Below, in pieces: positions 12,501 through 24,500 of a stretch of 64,000 nucleotides of DNA; positions within the stretch are counted from its first letter, which is position 1; every line of letters starts with the position of its first letter. This stretch comes from Ascidiella aspersa. Its lineage: Eukaryota. The notes under the pieces are model-generated. The model did no database searches and was not told the origin of the DNA. It worked only from the letters and a program-made list of their open reading frames with translations. The position numbers were made by a program, and so were the translations under genes. Location: positions 35,898,001 to 35,962,000 of the forward strand of contig OZ004607.1 of the NCBI GenBank assembly GCA_963924565.1, in the 5' to 3' direction.

Positions 12501-15500
12501 AGATAGATTTGAATTTATTTCGTAACAACGGTATATACAATTATACATGCAGAAATTTAAATGTAAAATAAAAAAAGAAGCATCCGTAGTCAGCTGCCCC
12601 TGGCTGTGATTCAATTTGTGGTAAGCATTTTTTTGCAAATGATAATTAAGCAACACTATATACGGATCTGTTCATAAGTGTAATGGTGAAAATAACGGCC
12701 CAAATAGACATCAAAAGCGACATGCTTTATTATTCAAACGTTTCGGCAAATGATCACTGATGATGGCATGAGCATTTGCCGAAACGTTTGAATAATAAAG
12801 CATGTCGCTTTTTATGTCTATTTGGGCCGTTATTTTCACCACAATTGAGCAAGGTCTCTAAGTTTCGTTGTAGTATTTTTGTTTAAATAATAAAACAAGA
12901 AAAATGATTTGTATAACTTACAATTTAAACTGTTTACCTGGTTCGCTTGTTTGCTTACTCAATTTGGTTAAAAGCAACGTGATATTTTGTTTGCGTTTTT
13001 TGTGCTGCCTCTTGTATCACACACATACCAGTTGAACGAGTCCCTAACGACTCTATGTGATTTCGGTGCTTATTAAACGGCTTCAGTCTCAGTTTATTTT
13101 ATTTTTGTGCAACTAGAGGACATTGAAAACATAAAAATAACATGTACACAGCGAAAAAACCTAACTGCCATCGAGTCAATTGCCCTAACAAAATAAACAA
13201 GCGTCATTGCCAACTTTGCAGCACTGAAAACGAAATGTTCGCTCGCCGAAAACCAGCAATTGTTGTGCACTGCATCAAACTGAAGGCGCTGTTTGCTTCA
13301 ATAACAACTTAACAACTTTTCCATTGCCTTAATCAAAATCGCACGGAAGCGTTTGGTTCCGGCTACAAGATTTTTGAACTATATTTAGCCGAGAGTTGCG
13401 TTCGGGGCTGGCGTAGTTTAATTTAATACAAATACAGTTTGCGAGTCGAGAATTGTTTGACTGACTCTATGTAACGACTCTATGTAATTTCAGTGTTTAT
13501 TAAACGGTTTCAGTATCAGTTTATTTTATTTTTGTGTAACTAGAGGACATTGAAAACATAAAAATAACATGTAGACAGCGAAAAAACCTTCGGTCATTGA
13601 GCCAAGTCGCCCAAACAGATCAAACAAGGGTCATTGTGCCAACTTTGCAGCGCTGAAAGTTCGAACACTGAAAACCAGCAGTTGTTTTGCTGTACAAGAA
13701 TGCAAACTGAAGATGCTATTTGCCCCCAAAACAACTGTTCCATTGCCTTATACAAACCCCGTCACGGAAGCGTTTGGTTCCGGCTACAAGATTTTTGAAC
13801 TATATTTAGCCGAAAGCCGCATTCGGGGCTGGCGCAGTTTAACTTACGTACAATACAAATACAGTTTGCGAGTCGAGGATCTTTTGGCTGCTTTTTATCG
13901 CGCGAAAAAGGGCGCTTGGCGAAAACACGCGAAGTTACGCGAATCGCGCGTTCGATTTCGGGCCCAGGAAGCCAAATTGCCGGTAAGATGGCTCGGGTGG
14001 CGCGATTATTGCAGAAAACAGGAAGCGATTTTCGGTAATGGCATCGATGGCACGCGAAAGAAGACATGCGCCCGAGTAAAAAAGCCATTTTCGGCCACGT
14101 TTTTGCGCCTTTTTCGGACCCTATGGTCTATTTTAAGAGAAGGCTTTTTTGGCGACCAAGGCGGAAAAATGTGGAGGAAAGGTAAGGTATAAGCTAAATA
14201 TTGGTCCAGGTAAAGTCTGATTTTGGTTGGGGTTGTGTCACACTTAAATAACCGCTTGACACTAAAGTTACGCCATAAATTATTTAAACCCCTTATTTTA
14301 ATCAAATATCAAGCATACTATTAATTTAATTTACAGGCAAGATTTAACATACTTCATTAATTTTTTTGGATTGGTTTACTCTTCTACTATATAATACGTT
14401 AAAGCCAGATCCATTTTTGAAAACAAAGTACACAACAATACTGAAGCCACTAAACCACAAAAAACATTTATCAATAGAATCGCAATTACGAAAAAATAAC
14501 CCTAATAATAAATCAACTATACATAAACTATAGGCGGTTTTTCGTTAAACTCATTGCTTTTCAAAATTATTTTTATTTTTAAACTATTCACAAAGATTTC
14601 AATCAGGCCTTTATGACTCCCCCTCCAAAATAAATAGTCCACGTCACCCCAAGGGGCAACGGACCCCAGATTAACAATTACTGGTTTAGAGGGTCCCAAA
14701 CAGGGTTGGGCAACATACAACGACGGGATCGTGCGATTAGAAGATCGCCTTACACGCGATGTCTTTCCCCTAATCGCATTAGCAAGGTAAATCGGACCCG
14801 AACCCCGATTTAGGGACAGGTGAAGGCCGAATTGAAAGGCTTTGATGCCGCGTTGAGGGAGAAAACCACTGCCTTACCGCAGGGAATTTGAGGCATTTGT
14901 GGTGGAGGTGTGTTTTTGTAGGCAAAGGGCGTGGTAATCGAAGGGGAGAGTGTAAGAAACGGGATTATCGAAGTATTTTGGACGCTGATTAGTTTTTTAG
15001 GATGCAAGAAAATTCCACAGTAGTTGTTTGGTGGTCGCTAAGAACTTCACAAAAAACATTTTAAGACAATGTAAAATAATACAGAGAGTGTCCATAGTCA
15101 CAAAAAGGGTTCACAAGGCTTCATAAATTTCATTAAAGAAGCATTTAGGTCAACCTAAACGCAACTTACAGGAACTATTATTACGTTTCCTCAGCTGAGC
15201 GCATATTGGAAGTTATGTACTGTTTTGTTCAACAGAATACTATAGCAAAGCTAGCAACTTAGGTCAGACACAATTAAAAAATCTTAATTTTTATATCTTT
15301 TAAGATTTTTTTAGTGGTCCCTATCTTGCAAGGAGTAAGGCGATTTCTATTATCACATATTCAGTGCAATATTTTTTGTACAACGCATCTTTATACATTT
15401 GTTTAATCGAAGTTATAAAAGATCACACGGTTTCCAGCATAAAACCCGCAGGTGTGTTTAAATTGGCCCCAAATAAAGAAAAACAACCGTTTTGGTTGCC

Positions 15501-18500
15501 GCCCGCCAAGACAAAAGGCCACCACCACATAAGGGTCCAGCTATTCGCGGGCACGCCCTGCTAGCAGCAAGATAGGCACGTAAATAAACCTCAGGCGACT
15601 AGAGATATGTCAGGCCGCAGGTAGCGATCAAACAAGAGCTTAGTTGGACAAGTCAAACCGAAAGTATCTCGCGTCGCCCGATTTCCCTTTCAAGTACTTC
15701 CAACTATTTTTAGCCGCATTACAGAGCCGCGATTTGGAGGGCGTTGTCTGTCGTGCGGATTTATTACGGTTCAGCTCACTTTTGCACTATCAAGGAGTTA
15801 CATATAGGCAAAGCAAACTTAAGCTGTTCGTCTGAATTGCGTTTACGTAAAGGGTAAGACAAACAACGGAGGTGATCATTTGCAAAACAAATTTCTGCCT
15901 GTAATTTCACTCTCTAAAAAATAACGCTTTATGGCAAGTGCTTAATCCCCAAAATTGAATCAGAAGAGCCAATGAAAAAAATGCTTTTAAAACAGAAAAC
16001 GTAGCCTCAAAACATGTTTGATAGCTTTGGGTTTCCGCTTCTTAATACTGGTAATGCTTCCTAATACAATTGTTTGTGTATGATTAGAGTGAATTAAAAA
16101 ACGTAAAATTTCCCTTTATTTCGCACAGTTATGTGTGTTGTTTCAATTTGGTATGTCATTCGCCCTGATGAAGGCGGCTTGTATAGGTTGCCGAAATGTT
16201 GGTTAACAATTACAATTACCAGAGGAGCTGTTTTTGATTTATATTGGTATGTCGTGTTCCTAGAGGAACGCATTTGACAAAAACACAAGGTTGCCGTGAC
16301 CTATTCGTTTTCTCTGCAAAATGCAGGTACCAAAAAATTTAAACCACCGCCTTAGCGTTTGTGGTTGGTGGGGTAAAAGCGGAATGCGGCCGCGTCTCGA
16401 GATATTTGATGTTTGTCAGCGACCAGTTATTTGCCGAAACTCGAGAAGTTTCGAACCGAAAAACCGAACCTTTGTTTGCTGTGCTAATCCCAACGACAAA
16501 CTACTCTTTTTCTTGGCAATTTTTCCCACGCGGCTTCGTACCTGGTATAGCAAGTGTCGCGAACCAAAGCTTCTTTACCCAAGCATAAAAGTCAGGCTGC
16601 GAACTCGCGGTGGCACAGCAGCCGCAAACTCTCGCAGTAGCGCCCAGACTACTATAGTTACCACTGTACACCTACCGCAGAGGCCCCGCGCGCATCTAAA
16701 CAAACCCTAGACACCCCTTAGCCCGCCGTTGGGTCCAAAGAGTGACCCCCATATACGCCAGCAGTTACCCAGAGTCCCGCCCAGACGGCTAAGTGTCGAC
16801 GCTCGCGACAGCCAAACCCTTTGAAGCGGCTTTGGTGGCCCACGAAGTCGATACACACGGCCAACTTATAAAGGGCAAGATTTATTTTTTACACGCAATT
16901 TAATATTTGTTTGTTGTTGTAGTTTCTCCGTATAATTCAATAGACAACCTTTACTGTGCTTAGTTTTTTCTACAAATTCGTTAACGTTAAGACTTAATTG
17001 AAAAATCCAAGCTCTACTTTTATAAAACTACTTTGATTTTAACATATTTTAGACTAGTTTAAAAAAATTAAAAAATCGCTTCTGGGTTAGCTTTTCATGC
17101 AACAACTTTCTGCCTAGGTTTTTATGCAACTTATTAACCGTTTCCTACTTCGTGGTCAATTTTTAATAGCGCCTTCCTTTAAAAAAAACGCGTAAGTATA
17201 TCAGCAAAAAATAGGCTATATTTGAAAAGCGAGTCCTCTTTTTTTCAAGGCCTGGCCCTTTTTGTGGCGAGATAATTGGCCGGATAATTTCGCTTCAAAA
17301 ACGTGAGAAGCGCGGCGTCGATACACAAACCCCAACAGGGGCGATATCCCCTTACTGATTTTAACCCCGCGGTTTTGGGTCGAAGGGGGTAATGGGGTTA
17401 AGGGGTACGTGGGAGAGAGTGTAATGCGAGAAATCGTAGGGTAACAGTTATACGCAGCATATGAGGCCGTTACGTAATAAAGCAACAAATACCGGGTTTA
17501 AGGACTGATGCTAATCCGCTGAACGCAAAGTGAATAGTCAAACGTTAGTTTAATTTTTTTGTAGCATTCAACTGAAATAAATAACGTTAAATTGCGACAA
17601 AAAAATAAAAAAAAACTAAAATTAAATTTAATAAACCCTTTTATACGTCTGTAACACCTCATGGGATATTTGCATCATTTCGGCGTTTCAAAAATTACGC
17701 CTCCTGTAATTCATTACAAGCCTTTTATGGAACATTCAGATTTGTGATTTTGGGGAAGCAATTTTAGATACTGAAAAGCACGTAGTGAAAACAATTAACT
17801 TGTCATTTTATCTGCACCGATTGCGAATTAAACCTTGATTAAAGTGATTACTGTTTGAAGTTTGGTTGAATTTGTGGTTTTCGAGAATCGGGCAAATCAA
17901 AACGCTCTTCTTGTAGCAAAATTAAAAAATACAAATGTCCGAAATTGTCCGAAAATAGTCAAGCGACGCACTTTAACCGAAACTAAACAAAAAAGGATAC
18001 GAGCTTCTATCATCATCAGTTGATGTGACTGAGAATCAATTCAAGTATCACTTATAAAAGGTGACACCGCTGTAACTGTTCAACACCTGAAGGTGCTAAA
18101 TAATGAATAACTATGGAAACTTAGACTGATAACAATTGCGTCCCACCTTTAATAAGTGATGCTTGAATTGTTTCTCAGTCACACTAACTGAAGATGATAC
18201 AAGTTCGTATCGAAACGTCTTAATTAAAACGATGTCGTTCTACCTGATAATTTGGGCTTTGCAATTCATTATCAAGCGCAATTACAGATCCGTACATAGT
18301 GTACCCAACTAAAAAAAGAAAACAAAAAAAGCGAAACTTACCGTTCCCCAGTCACCGGCAAACCACTCGTACTTGACTCCACACGAAGATCGAGCACACG
18401 ATCGTGTTTCGTGGGGTCTGTGATGAGCTGGGCAACCTGCTGAAGATTGCGCCGTATTGAGGCAGTGGACGCTCCTACGCTGGACGCCGCGGTCGCAGTC

Positions 18501-21500
18501 GGCGGAACACTATACGGGAAAATGAAAATGAAGGGTTGAGTGTTGGTCTTTGGTAAACGGCAGATTGATTCATGTTGAACTTTAACAGGAAGGGTATACC
18601 AAGACAAATTGAATGTGTAAAATAGGAAGATATCTCCTCGACCTTACACGTAAATGACGACCAAATAGGAGCCAATATTCTTTAGACTTGTCGGTCGAGG
18701 CAAGTGTATAAAGCTTGGACAAGTTTGAGAAAAAATGGAATAATCATATTTTTGTTGAGTGTGTTTCACACTTTCAAACTACCTTAAGCATATATAGAAG
18801 TATAGAGTTATAAAGGTTGCATTTTCAAACATAACTCCAAGTAAAAATCAAGATTGATACGTAGGCAAACTAAAATTTTATAAATATTTTACCAAAAAGT
18901 GAGATAGCTAAAAACAATTTTTTTGTGAGTAAGTGAAAAACAGTACGCTCGATGGCTCCCATACACCCGGAGATTATTAACATTTACATTTTCAATAAAA
19001 AAAATTAAATGCTATTTTTCTTATTAACTTTCAAGCTGCACATATACTTTGCATTGATGTTTACAAAACAGAACAACGACAAACCGTCCCTAACAAAGCC
19101 AACCACCCCAAAAAATAGTGACGTCATTAAAACTCACCGCCTGCCATTCGGTGACGAACCACTGAGTGACGCAAGGTCCTGCGTCACACTGACGCATGAA
19201 CGAGGGCTTCCTAGCGGACGAACATGCGGACTCGGGAAGAGTTCGTCCGCTTCCACTTCTGCATTCTGCGTGACGACTCTGGCTTCCACTGCCGCACTTC
19301 ACGCTGCACTGTAACGTCACAAAGGAAGTGGTTACGTCACAATCGTGTATCGACAATGTGTATATGTTTGAACTTTGGGAAGTACGTTGTTGGTCTGAAG
19401 ATTGCGAGTTTTTTGTTTTCGTCAAAAGGTGAGCAAAATTTACAACACTATGGAACGTTTAACATACGAATCTGTTCATTTTATCTCCAATATAAATCGT
19501 TAAATTTTGATTTTGACATTTGCGTTTTCTCCTTTCTTATGGAGAACTGTTTTAAAAACTGTTTATAAATGGAATGTTTTTCACTGTTTACATATATTGT
19601 TATTTGAAACGGTGACCAATGGCAGTACAGATTGTAGAGTACTTACACTAATGAAAATGTTTGACGGACAAACCTGCAAGTTTAATTATATAATAAATCA
19701 AACCAAATAATAAATTAAACACGTCTACCATATTCCCATTCAATGACCTGTATAAATGTCTAAATCTAAACTAAAACACAGCAAAACAAGTCCAGTCTCA
19801 CCTGCGACCATTCGCCGGCCACCTCCCAGCGCGCACACTCGGCCACCTGGCACTTCTCGTGCGTGTTGGGCTTGGGAAGACGCCGGCACTTCTTGTGGAA
19901 GACAGCCGTGGTGAAGTTGCCGGGAAACTGCTGGCGGCAGATCACTGAACGCGTGCGACGTCCGTTACCGCACGAACGCGAGCACACCGACCAATCCGAC
20001 ACGTGGTAGCTGTGTGGAAAGGGGGAACGTTACGTTGCGTTGCGTTGCGTTACGTTACATTACGATTTGTTTCGTTAATTACGTTAAGTTTCGTTACGTT
20101 ACGTTAATAACAATAAGTTACGTTACGTTACTAACATTAAGTTTCGTTACGTTAATTACGATAAGTTTCGTTACGTTAATTAGATTAAGTTACGTCACGT
20201 CACGTTACGTTACGATTAGTTTCGTTTCATTGGGCAATGTACTGTTCCTTTGCCTAATGTTGCGCTTTTTTGGTAACGTTTGTTTCTTTCGCAGTGTCGC
20301 GTTTCTTTGTGTAGAGTTGCGTTTCGCATCAAAGTAACACAAACGTTTCGTTATCAAATGATTTCGTCATGTTGCGAAATGTCAAACAACGATTCGCTTA
20401 CGCACACAGTGCCATGCTAAGTTGCGTTATGCGACTCGCTTCTTTGCGAAACAAAGCTTCACGTAACGTTAGGCTACGGTCATTGACGTAGTTTAAGATT
20501 ATTACGAGGGTAATTAAAACGTCACATATAACTCAACGTTAATAAAGTTCGCTTCTGGCTTCTAACATTAGCAACACACACTTATATGTTGACGGAAAGT
20601 GAAGCAGGACTTACTATGGAGGACAAGGGTTCTTGTTGCAAGACTTGGACTTGGGTACTGGTCTGGGCTGTGGACAATGCTGGTCGCTGACCACTTGTTG
20701 GGTGGACTCGTGGACGCAAAGGACAATCTGGGTCTTAACGCCTATCAAAAAGATGGAGATCATTATTATTGTTAAATAGTATAAAGCAGAGGTTCTCATT
20801 GCCGGTCCACGTCAACTCTCTTGCAGTCCGCCAAATATATTACAAGGGCTACACTGTACACATGTAACACATCAACAACAAAAAACTTTTAATTTGTAAA
20901 AAATGCTCACCTTGGGCGCAGGTCTGTGAGCAGGTTCCGTAGCCCCGAGTTGTCCAGTAGGTAGCCCCGTCTATGGAGGTCTGTCGGTTGATTATGGGAG
21001 GAGCGTCTCTTCTGCTTGCAGTCCCAGCATCCTCTGAAGCGTGGTCCACCTCTTCATTGTTCTGGTAGCGCCTTTGTATACAAAGAGCGATTTTAGTCTA
21101 ACGTGTTAAAAAAAATGTTGAAAAAGCAGGTCAAAAGACACAAACCCTCCTTCATTGGTATTGCGTTGCTCTGGTAACGCCTTTGTACACAAAGTGCGAT
21201 TTTAGTATAACGTTAAAGCTTAATTGCGAAAATTGGTTTCTGGCCTTGTTGTAAAAGGGCGAACACCTTTCCACGATAATTTAGATATGCGTGCTGTTGG
21301 TAATTTAGTATTTTTGTTAATTTAGAAACCGACAATTATGTTTCATTGTTTAAAAATCGAGCCACGAGATAAACCCCCCTTCTTTCGTATGGCGGCTATT
21401 TGTTACAGTTTCGTCTGTTTTATGAAAAGTTAGATGGCCAATATTGGATACATTTACTATCGGTGAAAACTAGAATGTTCAATTTTATAGACAACAGTTT

Positions 21501-24500
21501 TATATATAAAAAAAGACAGGCTAAATATCGTATCGGATCTAAGTGACTGTTCTACAGCGGGCATTAAAAAGTATTGATAAGATGTTAATCTGTTGGTATA
21601 GCTTTGTTTAAAAAGTAAATACTTGTAAGTTGTCTCTTGTCTCATAAGTCTAAACTCCAAATTGTGAGAATGCGATAGTGTATATACTTTTGCGACAATC
21701 AAAATAAAAAATCCTCTGTTTGCACGTGGCTATTAGCAAAAACTCCCTGGACAAATCTATCCAAACTTAATTAGTCTTTCGAAGCCAATATAGAAGAAGG
21801 CGGCATTCTTCTTTCTGTATGGGCTTTGATATTCTTACTACGTCTTACTACAACCTTCAACCATTATCGTGAGATTTATTCGAAATGTTCAAAATTAGAC
21901 TTTATACCTGCTCGGCCATCGGAGGGGTCCGGTCGACTCGGCCCGAAACCGGGTATTCCCCAGACGATGGGGGTTGGTGTACCTCGTTCCGATTGGCTTC
22001 GAGTAGCGATTCGAGTGTTGGAACGAGTTGGTGTAAAGAGGTCGGCGCACTGGGGGGTTTTGGGGGTTGTTGTAGGGGCGGTGTTGGGGGGGCAAGTTGA
22101 GACCCTCGTCGCCGGCGTCGATACTGTCCTCGGGGCCTCGGGCAGGTCCAGAGGGGCGCCGGGGTGATGGGTCCCGGGGTGGGGCTAGGATCTTGGGTAC
22201 GACGAACTCGTATCGGATACCAGGGTTTTCGAATTGGAAGAAGATCTGTTGATAAAAAATATGAGAAAGTTCAGTAAAAATGTTAGGATGGTGAAAAAAA
22301 TATTGGAAAGGTGAAAAAAATATTAGAAAGGTGAAAAAAGTATTAGAAAGGTGAAAAAAATTGGAACGGTTAGATATGTGATCGATAGGATTGAATGCTA
22401 CAGGAGAGTGATAAGACTATGATAAAAATTTTAGAAAAGCAAGATGTGTTTACGTGGGTCAAATGATACAGGGTTAACTGCACATACAGTCACACAATTA
22501 CTGGTTTAAAATAAATTCTGAAAAAACGAGAATAACTTATAGTGAGAGATTTTCAGCCCTGTTAAGATTTCTAGAGGCTGAATGGTAAAAACAATGGCTC
22601 GGTTGTCACAAGTTGGATCCAGCAAATCTACAAAAGTTGTTATATTTTAATACATATACGGGTGTGTAAGAGTTTTTTTAAGTTTATAATCGTCTTATTC
22701 CTCAAGTGTAAAATCCATCTGTAAATATTTACTTATTTGCTTTGTGTCAATCTCGGGAAACACCGGACATGTTTTCCGCAATAAACAGGCATTTAAGTTA
22801 TAAACGGCGTTGTAATGGGCTCGAAATTTCGAAACAGTTTCAAATTTCGCAACAGACGCAAACGTATTTTGGGAGGCTCGTCCCAATGAACCCTGACTAA
22901 GTAGAAGCAAACAATGCGGTAATTATTAGCCGAGCACAAACCGACGTGTATTTTGGGGACGGCTAATGTGACAGCGGAAGAAACCGCGCGAAATTGGCTT
23001 TTGACTTTAAAGCTGTGGTTCTTTACCTTATTTAGCGTCGTAACCATTGAGAAGAACTTGAAGGACTAACGGTACGCCCTACGTACAGAACACTACATTG
23101 TGGGTGAAATTTGCATTCAAATTAAAATCACAAATTTAAACCATTCGAATGTTGTATTTGTATACCACTTTTTACTTTTTACTTTTTACCTGTCGAAAAT
23201 CATAAAGCATTGTCGAACGGACCTGAATTTTTTTTTTGGTGGATATAGGGTATAGGGTTCTTAAACTGGGGTCCCTTGTCCCCTTGGGAGTACGTGGGCT
23301 AATTTTAAGGGGTACACGAAGGCCTAATTAAAATATTTGTGGATAGTTAAAAAAAATTAAAATAATTTGGTAAAAAAAAAGAAAATTGATAAAAAACACT
23401 TTTGTGCCTCTCTGAATGTTTTAACATTTGTATTTATTTTTTTGACAAAATTTTGACCTGTTAGAAATACACTGATTTAAACATCATATTGTTGTATAAT
23501 GAGTACTAAATTAGTGTTCGTCATAATTTTGATGTTGGTCGAAACAGCAGGTTTCCTTTAGGTCTACTTGTTTTTTGACGTCATCGCTAAAACTTCCACG
23601 CCGACCCTGGCCCACGAGTAATAAAAACATTCTGGGAGTTCGCGTTAAAAAAGTTCGAAGAACCACTGATACAGGGTGTTATATAACAGGATGGCAAAAT
23701 ACTACAAACGTTTAGGTTTGTCATCAGCTAGTTTTCACTGAGAAACCACCTTGTATAATTAATTTAACAAAAGAATGAGTTATTTACGACCTAAGGGGGT
23801 ATTTTTAACGTGCGGTCGCAGTTTCTATTTAAAGATGGCCAAATTGGCCGAAGTTCGACGCGACGGGTTTAACAGTCGAAGATATGATAGGCGGATGCTT
23901 TCTAGTAAAGGCTTGGCGCATTTATCGCTTAAGCCCATTGGGATGGGCCAGTGTTTGGGAGGATTGCGGTTTTATCAGTTGTCGAGGCAATTTTCCACGC
24001 GTACAAAGAGCCTTTTCATCGCTCGTAGATTTAGCGATGCTTCGCAGAACTGCTTATCCAAACACCTTTGAACTTCGACGCAGCGCAGTGCAAAGAGCCC
24101 GTGAGAAAAATGATCGTTTCACTGTACAGCTCAGGGTTTCCTAAAACCCGTTTGTCGAGATATCAGTTGTTTGCGGGTTAGCCTCAAATTTGTGGTTTTC
24201 ATTGTGACCTCATAGACTTTCATTGTGACGTTCTGTGACGCGGTTTTATCAAACGCTCTGCTATTACTCGCCAGCCAAACGTACTGGAAAATGACTTTGT
24301 TAGTTTATAGGAAATTACCTGCGATTTATTTTATTTATCAAATGTGATTGCATTTAGAATTTAATTTATTGGCTTTTTTATTGTTTAAAACAAAGCTGGG
24401 TATCTTTATTGGCATGTAAAGTCCACAGAACTTTGGGAACACAAGCCACAAAAGGTTGCGAAACTACGGTATGGCCACCCTGTGAAAAGACCCATATTCC

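Noticed and set aside
13713-14192. Longest ORF in the track (159 aa)
   Set aside because: It overlaps a non-coding tandem duplication, has no recognisable domain and lies antisense within an intron.
20014-20337. 107-aa hydrophobic ORF
   Set aside because: Translation of the (CGTTA)n microsatellite.
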